A DNA stretch of 64,000 nucleotides from a virus. This document shows positions 48,014 through 57,520 of this stretch, in pieces. The DNA is taken from the IMG/VR virus record IMGVR_UViG_3300045988_119396. One strand, written 5' to 3'. Every line of letters begins with the position of its first letter. Position 1 is the stretch's first letter. Both the position numbers and the translations under genes were made by a program. The notes beneath the pieces are model-generated. The model had not been told where the DNA came from. It searched no databases and saw nothing but the letters and a program-made list of their open reading frames with translations.

Positions 48014-48450
48014 ACTAATTTAGCTTGCTTAACCAATTCTTCGTCTTTCAATTTTTTATTAGACCGTACGTAGTCGGAATAATTGTAATAACTTGGATGT
48101 ATGCATTCATCTAATGCTGAAATGAAACCGTCATAGACTTCGTTATCATAGACATAAGTTTCTTTACTAAATAACTTGTCAAATCTAAACGACACCGTTG
48201 CAACCAAAGCAAATACAAAACACGAAAGCAAATAATACAAAAAGTAGCATGGAATAATAACAGCCGAACAATACCAGTTAATAGTTTCTCTTCGCATTAT
48301 GGGATATTCGTACTCAACATCACCATAAAACATATTGTAATTATTTGAGTGATATCTGGTTGAAACGTATATCTTTTCTTTTAGGAAAATTCCATGTCGT
48401 TTAGTCATGACATATAAGTGCTTATCATTATCATGAATAACACTTTTCAT
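47995..48450 (-). CDS. membrane protein
   Basis: TM helices. Confidence 0.45.
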   Translation of the reverse strand: MKSVIHDNDKHLYVMTKRHGIFLKEKIYVSTRYHSNNYNMFYGDVEYEYPIMRRETINWYCSAVIIPCYFLYYLLSCFVFALVATVSFRFDKLFSKETYVYDNEVYDGFISALDECIHPSYYNYSDYVRSNKKLKDEELVKQAKLVWEKRK

Positions 48451-48935
48451 TACTCTACCTTCCTTTCAACAGTTGTAATTGTGTCATTATGCCAGCTACC
48501 ATGAGCCACCAATAGTATTTCCTGTATCTCAAAACCATACTTCTTACCAATTCCACCACTATTCCAAGCACAACTAATAACATAGCCACCTTGCTTTACA
48601 ATACGTGCAATCTCACGTTTTTGCTTAGTCCAATAGCTGTTTTGTGTGGTTTCCATGTTTACACTCATATCAAGTTTCCTATATGACTCACTCACTTGTC
48701 GTTGAGAATATGGCGGGTCGTATAATACTAAATCAACTGAATTGTCTTCGATTTGTTTGAGAAAATCTAATGCGTCTAAATGATAGTCTGTATCATATTG
48801 TGGGTCTAAATCATTTGTGATAGTCGCTAATTTATTAGCGTTTGCGAAAGGGTCAACCACAAGCATATCTTCCTTTAAATACCTGTGAATTAACTCATTG
48901 ATAGGTTTAATATTGAATGTATTCTTGTTAGGCAT
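48450..48935 (-). CDS. DNA methyltransferase (N6-adenine or N4-cytosine; DPPY motif)
   Basis: LVLYDPPY (motif IV); VVDPFANANK (motif I-like). Confidence 0.65.
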   Translation of the reverse strand: MPNKNTFNIKPINELIHRYLKEDMLVVDPFANANKLATITNDLDPQYDTDYHLDALDFLKQIEDNSVDLVLYDPPYSQRQVSESYRKLDMSVNMETTQNSYWTKQKREIARIVKQGGYVISCAWNSGGIGKKYGFEIQEILLVAHGSWHNDTITTVERKVE

Positions 48936-48972
48936 AGCCCATTTTCTATTTATTTCCAGTTAATCAGCTCCC

Positions 48973-49245
48973 TTATTCATCTTTGAAAATGTAATACAAT
49001 CCGAGTAAGACTATGCCGAATGCTATTATTCCCAATACTCCTAAAAGTATTATACCAATACGGAGTAACAACAATGACATCGCTACGATATAATCATTTT
49101 CTGATGTGGTTAATATCACAGCTGTTACCAACATTAATAGTTGTATTATCAGGCATGGTATTCCTATGAATACTGCTATGGGGTCTTTGTTAGCCATCTG
49201 TCTTATAGTAGCTTTAACCTTATTCGTCTGTATCTTCATCTTCAT
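48973..49245 (-). CDS. small membrane protein
   Basis: Hydrophobic. Confidence 0.4.
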   Translation of the reverse strand: MKMKIQTNKVKATIRQMANKDPIAVFIGIPCLIIQLLMLVTAVILTTSENDYIVAMSLLLLRIGIILLGVLGIIAFGIVLLGLYYIFKDE

Positions 49246-49546
49246 AATCTATATCTTCGTAGAAGTATTCATCTTTGTATCTGTAGTGATTATATATTTT
49301 TAGCCAGATTGTATAGATTATTGATAGCACTACACCGAACAAAAATATAGCTATGAATGCACCGCCAATACCCATGACACCCATAATATTTTTAACGAAG
49401 CCTACTTTAAGTACTTCTACAGCAAGCGAAACTAAAAAGGATAATATCGAAAACGGCATGACTATAAAAACAGTGAACACTGCTAAACATACAGTTATGC
49501 GTTCAAGGCTAAATGCCTCACGAATGAAACTCTTTATCTTACTCAT
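49220..49546 (-). CDS. small membrane protein
   Basis: Hydrophobic. Confidence 0.4.
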   Translation of the reverse strand: MSKIKSFIREAFSLERITVCLAVFTVFIVMPFSILSFLVSLAVEVLKVGFVKNIMGVMGIGGAFIAIFLFGVVLSIIYTIWLKIYNHYRYKDEYFYEDIDYEDEDTDE

Positions 49547-49560
49547 CTACTCACCCCCTA

Positions 49561-49839
49561 TTAAATATCGAATAACTTAGCTATGATTGTTCCAATTAAG
49601 GCAGCGATAATAATAACAATGCTGCATGCCAACAGTGTTAATAGCGCTTCAACAATTCCAACCTGTATTGTAACGTATACAAAGAGACAAATATCGACCA
49701 ATAACACAATAACCATTAGCCCTATCAACGTATTCAAAACTATATCTAATACAATGTCCAACAAACTACTCAACCTTTCTAATATATTCAGCCACCACCT
49801 TTGCATTGATTTCTTCAATACGTTTTGTGGCAGTATCAA
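49561..49839 (-). CDS. small membrane protein
   Basis: Hydrophobic. Confidence 0.4.
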   Translation of the reverse strand: MILPQNVLKKSMQRWWLNILERLSSLLDIVLDIVLNTLIGLMVIVLLVDICLFVYVTIQVGIVEALLTLLACSIVIIIAALIGTIIAKLFDI

Positions 49840-50486
49840 AGTAATGTTTATCTAATTCAATACCAATAAAGTTTCTATCAAGTTCTAATGCTGCAACTCC
49901 TGTTGAGCCACTACCCATGAAACAATCGAGAACTATATCGTGTGGATTGGACAATTTTTCAATTATCCATTTCATTGCGTCCAATGGTTTCTGTGTGGGA
50001 TGACTACCGAATTTCTTTTCACTCTTAGGTGTTACATTAACTCTTACTTCTGGACGTTCGTACTTCTCATCAATTCTATTAAAAGTCCATTTTTTCTTTC
50101 TTTTTAACAGCCCAAATTGCAAACTCATAATCTACAACAAATCTTCTATCTCGATTACGAGGCATAGGATTATTTTTAATCATTCGTATAATGTCTTTTG
50201 ACACACAACCGTTTTCTTCTAGTGCATTAGAAATCTCACCTAGATTTCTCCACGCATTAAATACTACAATGTTTCCACCATTGCGTACTTTATTTGTTGC
50301 TTGTCCTATCCATGAGGTTAAATCGAATTCTCTGTCCCAATTTCCAAAATCAACCCCTTGCCGATTAGCACTTTTCATGGTTGAAAAATTATTACTTTGT
50401 GAAATATTATATGGTGGGTCAGTCAACAACAAATCAACACTACCATCTTGAACTTCGTTTAATTTATCTAGGCAATCACCTTGCAA
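49766..50486 (-). CDS. beta-class DNA adenine/cytosine methyltransferase, split across two overlapping frames (frameshift in a homopolymer)
   Basis: N-terminal part (50079..50486) has DPPY; C-terminal part (49766..50128) has HPTQKP and DCFMGSGSTG. The frames overlap at an A/T homopolymer near 50086-50105. Confidence 0.55.
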
Positions 50487-50509
50487 TAATTTATAATCTG
50501 CTATCTTCC

Positions 50510-50929
50510 CTAAATCCCACCTTGTTGTTTATTTGTGCTATTATTTGTTACGCTGCTATTATCAAAGAACTTAGCTTTAATCAAGAACATATAGTAATAT
50601 ATCCTAATTGTTAATCTACCCCAGAGTGTTCTATTCTTACGTCTGAAATACAAACATTGGAATACAATCTCATCTAGGTCATGGTTCTTTAACAATACAT
50701 TCATACCATTAATAGCTTGTTGATTTGTTTTGATATTTAAATCTTCTTGTTTAACCAATACAGTTAGACTGTAAGCTACTTCGCCTTCTGGCTGTTCTTT
50801 TAACCAATCCATTAGTTTGTAGATTGATTTGTTATCTTCTGGTGTAATATCTTCATAATCACCATGAAAGAATGCACGCAATCGGACATCACCCCGCATA
50901 CACAACTTGCAAACCATCATCTCTAACAT
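50510..50929 (-). CDS. hypothetical protein
   Basis: Track ORF; overlaps the upstream ORF in another frame. Confidence 0.35.
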   Translation of the reverse strand: MLEMMVCKLCMRGDVRLRAFFHGDYEDITPEDNKSIYKLMDWLKEQPEGEVAYSLTVLVKQEDLNIKTNQQAINGMNVLLKNHDLDEIVFQCLYFRRKNRTLWGRLTIRIYYYMFLIKAKFFDNSSVTNNSTNKQQGGI

Positions 50930-51515
50930 TAATTAAAAAATCACTTTCGTATTCTTTAATATATTTATAGATTGGATGTTTTGAAATTTCTTTTTCTAAT
51001 TTTTCTAGTTTTACATACCACTTATCTTCTTCTAATAACTCAACACGTATTCCAAAATATTTATAAGGAATTACAGCAATCGCTTTCCCTTTTTCTCTTG
51101 CGCTATATAGGAGGTCGGCTCTCATTCTAGTTAAGGTAGCGAAATTATCCCAATTTTCTTTGGTTATCTTAAACATTTTACTTGCAGCAGTGCCAAAATT
51201 ATCGCATTCTCTCCACGAGATAGTAATATTAAAATCACCATTCGAGAAAGTATATGCCTGTTCTAAAACGTCAAAATCTTCATCATCACATAAGATTGAA
51301 ATAAGCTTTCTGTAGTAATTCATACAAAAACTTTCAGACATATTACCAATAGCTCGTTTACATAAATCAGCGTAATTAACCTCGATTTCCAATAATCCTA
51401 TTTTTGCTGCAGCTTCAATTTGCTTCAATACCGCTCCTGTTATTTTATTAATAACATCTTCTTTCTTTTTCTCTGCAATTCTTTCATCAAACATATCTGT
51501 TCTAAAAATACTCAT
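50889..51515 (-). CDS. hypothetical protein
   Basis: Track ORF. Confidence 0.4.
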   Translation of the reverse strand: MSIFRTDMFDERIAEKKKEDVINKITGAVLKQIEAAAKIGLLEIEVNYADLCKRAIGNMSESFCMNYYRKLISILCDDEDFDVLEQAYTFSNGDFNITISWRECDNFGTAASKMFKITKENWDNFATLTRMRADLLYSAREKGKAIAVIPYKYFGIRVELLEEDKWYVKLEKLEKEISKHPIYKYIKEYESDFLINVRDDGLQVVYAG

Positions 51516-51526
51516 TATAGTACCTC

Positions 51527-52063
51527 CTATTCGTATTTAAATATAATCTCACTTCTATCATCATTCAGATAAGCATATATGTTGTGAAGTCTGAGATGCT
51601 TGAGTGCCTCTGGTGCCATTAATCTCATGTACTCTGTGATATCTCTTTTCACGACAATGTCATATACTTTCTTGCCATGTTCAAGGTTCTTAGATTTCTT
51701 TATCATCTCATCTATGACCCCCGTGACTTTCTTTGCATTATCTCGATTATCTTCTGCAATTCTAATAGCCTTATGTGCTGGCAATAGATTAAACCAAAGC
51801 TCCAACTTTTTAATTTCTTTTTCGTATACAGGTGGTAAATCTATCCACACTGCGTCAAAGCGTACTGTTATTTTTACAGTAGGTTCTGTTTCTCCAGCAC
51901 TAGCCCCAACGTCATATCCTAGATGTAATAACATGTTGTAGATGTCATCAAAATAAGTCTTTGGAATAATAAAGTCGGTTTCATAAAGCCCCATATAAGC
52001 AGTGTCAGAAATCTCATTACTAATATTATTAAGTACCGATAATTCAATATTTTCTAAGCTCAT
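51527..52063 (-). CDS. tandem paralog C (about 175-aa family)
   Basis: N-terminal L..N..NEI and C-terminal blocks shared with 52060 and 52582. Confidence 0.45.
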   Translation of the reverse strand: MSLENIELSVLNNISNEISDTAYMGLYETDFIIPKTYFDDIYNMLLHLGYDVGASAGETEPTVKITVRFDAVWIDLPPVYEKEIKKLELWFNLLPAHKAIRIAEDNRDNAKKVTGVIDEMIKKSKNLEHGKKVYDIVVKRDITEYMRLMAPEALKHLRLHNIYAYLNDDRSEIIFKYE

Positions 52064-52581
52064 ATTTCCACCTCTTTAACTTCAAAAACAACAATATTTC
52101 CATCATCAATGGTATGAACATGAATGTCATAGTAAACTTCAAGCCACCACAATTCCGTCCCACCCATAATGGAACTCACATCATTTAATCTTTTTTTTAA
52201 TACTTCACCCTTTTTGCGAGCCTCATAGGTTTTGCTAACAATGGTTTCAAGCATTTCAAATACAAATTCGTTAGACTTTGCACGTGCCCATGCGTCTTCT
52301 GCAGTTGTTACATCAATGGCACAATCTAACTCACACTCATCATGTTTTTTGGTAGGCTTACCATATTCAACGCTTAAATATTTTGTACCACGTGGATATG
52401 TGAGGTTGGAAATTATCACTGTATAACCTAAGTATTCTAAGATTTCAACGATTCGATTTACATACTTATCTTCTACAGTTTTGTCTAAATAATATAAACC
52501 AATTCCAGAGTTACTATAAATTGCGTCATCAATCTCAGTCAATAATGCTAATGGAATATTATCTGTGTTAACTTTATTCAT
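52060..52581 (-). CDS. tandem paralog B
   Basis: MNKVNTDNIPLALL ... TELWWLEVYYDIHVHTIDDGNIVVFEVKEVE. Confidence 0.45.
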   Translation of the reverse strand: MNKVNTDNIPLALLTEIDDAIYSNSGIGLYYLDKTVEDKYVNRIVEILEYLGYTVIISNLTYPRGTKYLSVEYGKPTKKHDECELDCAIDVTTAEDAWARAKSNEFVFEMLETIVSKTYEARKKGEVLKKRLNDVSSIMGGTELWWLEVYYDIHVHTIDDGNIVVFEVKEVEI

Positions 52582-53100
52582 CTAATCTACCTCACCATCT
52601 TTTAACTCAAAAATAACCGTATCTCCGCCATCAACAGCATGTGCATAAATATTGTGATAATGTTCCAAATACCATAATTCAGTTTCATGCAAGATATTTG
52701 ATACATCACTTACATGCTCTTTTAGCGTATAGCCTTTTTTCTTCATACTTTTAGTTCTTCCAATAATAAGTAGCAAAAGTATTCTCTTTTTCTTTCGGTT
52801 TTCAGCGGTGTTATTTGCGTCCTCGGCTGTAGGTATCCAAACAGCACATTCCAAATTGGCATCACCATCTGAATTTTGGGGTTTGCCAAAAACAATACCC
52901 AGCTTTGTCATATCTGTATCGGGGTTACTACCAAGATTTTTAATCTTATAGCCTAAAGTTTCCAAAGCCGCCATAACTTTAACCAAATACTGATTTGGTA
53001 TGTTGACTTCTGTATTAAACACCCCAATTTCAGCCACGTTATTGATTGAACTACTTACCTCTGCCAATACCCTTAACGGAATGTTGTCCATGTTAACCAT
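52582..53100 (-). CDS. tandem paralog A
   Basis: MVNMDNIPLRVL ... TELWYLEHYHNIYAHAVDGGDTVIFELKDGE. Confidence 0.45.
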   Translation of the reverse strand: MVNMDNIPLRVLAEVSSSINNVAEIGVFNTEVNIPNQYLVKVMAALETLGYKIKNLGSNPDTDMTKLGIVFGKPQNSDGDANLECAVWIPTAEDANNTAENRKKKRILLLLIIGRTKSMKKKGYTLKEHVSDVSNILHETELWYLEHYHNIYAHAVDGGDTVIFELKDGEVD

Positions 53101-53449
53101 GCTTATAATATCCTTCCTCTACTAACACTTTTTCTATTTTATCTAAGTATTTACTTACGATAGCCATTGCACCGCTAAGCACTTCGATATGGCTAACTGG
53201 AATAAACCCATCTAGTTCGTACATGTCACCAACCTTGTCAAGAACAATATTTTCGCTCTTGTATTCGATATATATTCTATCGAGTTTTTCTCCGTTAAAG
53301 TCACAACCCTCATCATAAAACAATGATGTATCAAACTCTTCGCCATAAAAATCCATGGGATATACATATACTTCATCGTTATATTTTTTTTCTACTTCTT
53401 CAACCATATCGGCGAGTATATCTTGAACTTTCCAAGATAAATCATTCAT
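53093..53449 (-). CDS. hypothetical acidic protein
   Basis: Track ORF. Confidence 0.4.
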   Translation of the reverse strand: MNDLSWKVQDILADMVEEVEKKYNDEVYVYPMDFYGEEFDTSLFYDEGCDFNGEKLDRIYIEYKSENIVLDKVGDMYELDGFIPVSHIEVLSGAMAIVSKYLDKIEKVLVEEGYYKHG

Positions 53450-53515
53450 GAGTTACCCCTCCTTTTCATCAATATAATTTGCCATACTCCTTTCTTGCAT
53501 AGTATTATTAATACG

Positions 53516-53860
53516 CTATCCCATAATATATTGTTTTTCAGTAATTACTTGTTCTTGCCAATTATTACTATGGTTAATTAAGCTGATATTTTTAGTTGAT
53601 GTATAACTTTTATCACTATTGCTTACATACTCACCAAAAATATCTCTTAGCCTTGTACCCGCCCCTTTAGCAGTAAATCCACTAATATAGCCTTTCTTGT
53701 TGCTATTCTTAATTTTGGCATAATCATTTAGCCAAAATCCTCTAGCGTATTTAGTATTTTTAGAATTTCTTTTACTTGTTATATTAGGTGTCTTACGACC
53801 CTTACGTGCCGTAGCCTCATGTAAGGAACGCTTTTTCTTTCTAAATTGTTTAAACATCAT
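53516..53860 (-). CDS. basic protein; possible detached C-terminal fragment of the IscB-like gene
   Basis: Lys/Arg-rich. Lies 37 nt downstream of the iscB-like stop, in a different frame. Confidence 0.3.
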   Translation of the reverse strand: MMFKQFRKKKRSLHEATARKGRKTPNITSKRNSKNTKYARGFWLNDYAKIKNSNKKGYISGFTAKGAGTRLRDIFGEYVSNSDKSYTSTKNISLINHSNNWQEQVITEKQYIMG

Positions 53861-53897
53861 AATGCTAGTTGGTTTTGCTTTGATTTTTCTAATCCCA

Positions 53898-54809
53898 CTA
53901 ATTATTATAGTGGGACTTAGTTAATTCTAAGTCAGCTCGCTGTAATGTTGTCCATGCTCCATACTGAAATTTAGCTTGAGGGAAAGCTAAAAATAGTCTT
54001 CTTCTTAGAATGTTCATGAAAGTCGCACCTTTATAAGACTTGTTGACTTTCTTTTTATCCTTACACCATTTAGCTAAAATTCCAGTTTGGTGATTTTTAG
54101 TTGTGTGGCAATTAGAACATACTGTAATTAGATTATTTACAGTGTTAGTTCCACCTAAAGAACGGTAGATAATATGGTGGATTTTGAGTTTACCACCTTT
54201 TTTCTTACATACTTGACAAGTATAGTTATCTCTAGCTAAAACAAATTGTTTAACAGTTTGATAGCCGTATAAATCACCTTGCTGATAACCCTCACCATTT
54301 ATTTCTGGATTTTTCATTTTTTGAATATCAAACTTACCTACTTCGATATGTAAATCAGCTTTAGGTAAGACTGATAATAAACGCTTTATCCAGTTGATAT
54401 TATGGTTAACTTTACTTAATACCGAAGGCGGTAGCCAGTTATCTTTTTTCTTAGCTATACGATTTAAAAATTTAGCTTTACGATAACGTGTTTTACGGTT
54501 ACGTCTACTTCTACGATATATTCTTCTAGTATCTATTAGCTTTTTGACATCTTGTCTTAACTCTACTTCGCCTTGAAATAAGACTTTATCTTGGCTTGTA
54601 ACAGCTAGTCCAATATGTCTTTGACCGCTATCAATACCAATACTTATATCCTGTTTATAACCAGTTGAACCATATAAGAGCTGAATGGTAAAAGGTTCTT
54701 TTTTAAGTACCTTAGCTTTACCATCTCTTAACAAAATTCTAGCTTTTCTAGGCTTACATGGCATTAACGCTTTACCATGTTTGTTAATCACAAAAACTCG
54801 GTTTTGCAT
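53898..54809 (-). CDS. iscB: IscB-like OMEGA nuclease (PLMP, RuvC-I, Arg-rich bridge helix, RuvC-II, HNH); terminates inside the expected RuvC-III motif
   Basis: ALMPCKPRKARILL; GIDSGQRHIGLAV; RRSRRNRKTRYRKAKFLNR; IHIEVGKFD; HNH CQVCKKKGGKLKIHHI...CSNCH; ends ...LELTKSHYNN*. Start taken at the second Met (54809), after GGAG. Confidence 0.65.
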   Translation of the reverse strand: MQNRVFVINKHGKALMPCKPRKARILLRDGKAKVLKKEPFTIQLLYGSTGYKQDISIGIDSGQRHIGLAVTSQDKVLFQGEVELRQDVKKLIDTRRIYRRSRRNRKTRYRKAKFLNRIAKKKDNWLPPSVLSKVNHNINWIKRLLSVLPKADLHIEVGKFDIQKMKNPEINGEGYQQGDLYGYQTVKQFVLARDNYTCQVCKKKGGKLKIHHIIYRSLGGTNTVNNLITVCSNCHTTKNHQTGILAKWCKDKKKVNKSYKGATFMNILRRRLFLAFPQAKFQYGAWTTLQRADLELTKSHYNN

Positions 54810-55045
54810 AATTTGTACTCCTTTCATTTTTTATAAGGTACTAACGACCTTATCACGTATTTATCAGAGTTAATAAATACATGTAGTTACCCTTCGACAA
54901 TGTTATTTCAGCTTATAAACAAGGTTGACTAGCACATTAACCTTATGCTTGTTTACAGAGCCTCCATAGTGCTAGAAACTAGGGTATCATTTCTAGGTAT
55001 GTTCACTGAAATAACGTAGTTCTCTAAGAACTTAGTCTAGACAAC
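54810..55045 (-). ncRNA. candidate IscB omega-RNA / structured 5' leader
   Basis: About 235-nt ORF-free region directly upstream of iscB. Minus-strand hairpins CTAGAAAtgataccctagTTTCTAG, CTAAGttCTTAG, ATAAGGTcgttagtACCTTAT. Confidence 0.3.
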
Positions 55046-55075
55046 AAAATTATTAAGTTACCTACTTTAGTAGGT
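55036..55075 (-). terminator. rho-independent terminator (minus strand) ACCTACtaaaGTAGGT plus T-rich tail
   Basis: Follows the stop of the 55078..55575 gene. Confidence 0.45.
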
Positions 55076-55077
55076 GG

Positions 55078-55575
55078 TTACTGTTGACCCTTCTTAGTCA
55101 TTTCTTCCAAAGCGTCTTGCCACTTATATTCCACATCTTCCTTGATAATAGGGTTAGTTTTCTTCGTCAGACCAACAACCTTAACCCTAAAGTCATGAAC
55201 ACGAGGAACTACAATCTCAACAGGAATACCATATTGCTTAGCAAACATCTTAAATCTTAATTGTGCTGCTGGGTCAATATTGTATGTTGAGTTAAACCCT
55301 GTCTTGACGTCATAAACATGCAGCAAGTTACCATCTTCATCTCTTATCACAACATCTGGTGTGTAATTAGCACTTCTCAAACGCAGACCATTGTGTAATT
55401 CCACCATAGGTTGTATTGTAAAAGACTCGTGTACGGTAGCATTTAAATCTCTACCATAAATAAATCGCTCATAAAACTTAGCTTCTTTTTCAGAGTCAAA
55501 TTTCAGACCATTAAATTCAACTTTCTTACCAAAGTAAGTTGTTCTACCTCTATTAATTCTAGTTTTGCACCTCAC
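55078..55575 (-). CDS. DUF1064-like phage protein (putative nuclease)
   Basis: KFDSEKEAKFYERF...PDVVIRDEDGNLLHVYDVKT pattern, from recalled family features. Confidence 0.4.
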   Translation of the reverse strand: MRCKTRINRGRTTYFGKKVEFNGLKFDSEKEAKFYERFIYGRDLNATVHESFTIQPMVELHNGLRLRSANYTPDVVIRDEDGNLLHVYDVKTGFNSTYNIDPAAQLRFKMFAKQYGIPVEIVVPRVHDFRVKVVGLTKKTNPIIKEDVEYKWQDALEEMTKKGQQ

Positions 55576-55670
55576 TTATGCGATTTTGTTAAGAGCTTGT
55601 TTATTCTCTGAACCCTTAACTTAACTATTACATTATATCATATATTAATATTAAATCAAGAATTAAACGC

Positions 55671-55712
55671 AAAAAAACCTCGCAGCAGAAAGCTACGAGG
55701 TCAAAAAGGTTT
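55671..55712. terminator. bidirectional terminator A7-CCTCG...CGAGG-TCAAAAAGGTTT
   Basis: Hairpin flanked by an A-run and a T-run. Confidence 0.55.
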
Positions 55713-55732
55713 ACAGTGTGTTATAATGTATT

Positions 55733-55987
55733 GTGGCGAAAGTTATAAAGACGGTGGCTGACTTATTAGAAAGTGTGGTGTTGCCTATGCAATGCGAAAC
55801 TAACGAAAGGAAAGCCATTTGTGTCTGTCTATCAAGCCTTGATGTTGATGTTAACATTCGGTGTGTTTCTGTTAGCATTACTGACATACATCAGCAAAAA
55901 GTAAGCAACTTTGTTGTGACGATAGTAGATACAGTAAAACCGTCCGATTGTAACTTTGGCGAGTTCGTGGACGGTTGCTGTATGTGA
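55733..55987 (+). CDS. small Cys-rich ORF inside a promoter-to-terminator unit; may be non-coding
   Basis: TGtTATAAT at 55719-27 lies only 5 nt before the GTG start. Terminator CATGCttcgGCATG plus TTTTT at 56031-56060. Confidence 0.25.
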   Translation: MAKVIKTVADLLESVVLPMQCETNERKAICVCLSSLDVDVNIRCVSVSITDIHQQKVSNFVVTIVDTVKPSDCNFGEFVDGCCM

Positions 55988-56137
55988 CTATCTAAGTAAC
56001 TATGCCACCGTCTTTTAAACGGTCGCTATAAGTCATGCTTCGGCATGGCTTTTTCTATTTATAGAATATCACAAAATGCAATAAATTACCATATTTGATA
56101 TTCCACAACGTTTCACAGCATTCCATTTTTGTGTGAT

Positions 56138-57520
56138 TTATGCTTCATATGAAATGTCTTCTGGAGTTTTGTCTAATCGAATTGATTTAATAGTAGGAAA
56201 TCTAAGTGAAATGTTATTGTCGTTTTGATTGTTTGTTTCTTCAAAGTATTGGACATCTACAACTTTACCGATAATCTTGTTAGGGTTAGCCCAATATGTG
56301 TTACGTTCTTCCAATGTAAAGCCAGAACCTACCTTAACATCATTGCCTTTATAGTCAATAATTACACCGCCTAGTGTGCCAGATAGTTCGCCTGTGCCTT
56401 CAAACACATCTTTGACTAAGACATCAGCATTGAAAAACTCTTTAACTTTTAAAATATCACTTGTACGTTTGGTTTGATATAAACCGTCTGAAAGATTAAT
56501 CATTAAGCCTTCCCAGCCTAATGGTTCTACGTATTCTTCTTGTAGGGATAGGATAACATTTGGGTGATATGTGTCTTCATAGATATTTTCGACAATACGT
56601 AGATGTTGAGCTAATGGGTCAATTTCTGTAGATTTTACTGATTTGAGTGGGTAGATAGAGTAGAAAGCATTAGCTAAATCTTCTTTTCGTTTCCAGAATG
56701 GGTCTTTAGATTTTCCAGTGGTAAATTCTTTGTAAGGCAAACAGTCAAATGCGTTGAATAAAACTGAACTTTTATCAGCACTATCACTTCTCAAAATACT
56801 TGTCGTTAATCTAAACAAGTCCTTAGTTTCTAACCCATCAGTGTTGTATACAAGCAACTCACCATCTAGCACATAATCTTTTCCACCAAAGCCACGTTTC
56901 ACCAATTCTTCTGCTTCATGTTCTTGAATATCCAAACCGTTAATCACTAAGCCTTTTCTTGTGTAGAATGTAGCCTTACCGTTCTTTACAATACAGATAG
57001 ACCTATGCCCATCTAACTTTTGTGTAACGATAATTTCGCTACCTTCTAGCCTATTCAAATACTTGTGATAGGGATAAGCTAATTGGCAGCCAAACTCTTC
57101 AATAAACCCCTTGCCTAATACCTTATTGATTGTTTTAGCTGTAATACCAACCTTTAGCTTTTTGGTAAAGACATCTTTTAGGAATTGCTTTGTTTCTTCA
57201 TCTTCAAACTGGTTAATATAGGTTTGCAACATATACACCGTATCCAATTTACCAGTGTTATGTTTCTTAACCCAATCTAACAGATTTTCGTAATTGTATT
57301 TAAAACTTGTATTTAACACCATAAATTCATTATCTTTAACGTTGGCATTAATCTTTTTAGTCGAAATACCAGTGGTAATAAAGTCGTCATAGACAAACTT
57401 CAATGTCTTAGTAAACAACTCATTATCCTTGTATTTCTTAATAATATCCTCCTTAGCTTTCTTGGAAGATACAGATTTGATTTCTTTAAAAATATCTTTT
57501 AATTCAATGATATTATTCAT
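56138..57520 (-). CDS. ATP-dependent DNA ligase
   Basis: Motif I QKLDGHR (KxDGxR) plus adenylation and OB-domain length. Confidence 0.8.
   Translation of the reverse strand: MNNIIELKDIFKEIKSVSSKKAKEDIIKKYKDNELFTKTLKFVYDDFITTGISTKKINANVKDNEFMVLNTSFKYNYENLLDWVKKHNTGKLDTVYMLQTYINQFEDEETKQFLKDVFTKKLKVGITAKTINKVLGKGFIEEFGCQLAYPYHKYLNRLEGSEIIVTQKLDGHRSICIVKNGKATFYTRKGLVINGLDIQEHEAEELVKRGFGGKDYVLDGELLVYNTDGLETKDLFRLTTSILRSDSADKSSVLFNAFDCLPYKEFTTGKSKDPFWKRKEDLANAFYSIYPLKSVKSTEIDPLAQHLRIVENIYEDTYHPNVILSLQEEYVEPLGWEGLMINLSDGLYQTKRTSDILKVKEFFNADVLVKDVFEGTGELSGTLGGVIIDYKGNDVKVGSGFTLEERNTYWANPNKIIGKVVDVQYFEETNNQNDNNISLRFPTIKSIRLDKTPEDISYEA

Noticed and set aside
53894-53914. Considered the hairpin at the iscB-like stop to be a rho-independent terminator
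   Set aside because: No U-tract follows on either strand; it is kept only as a structural note in the IscB finding.
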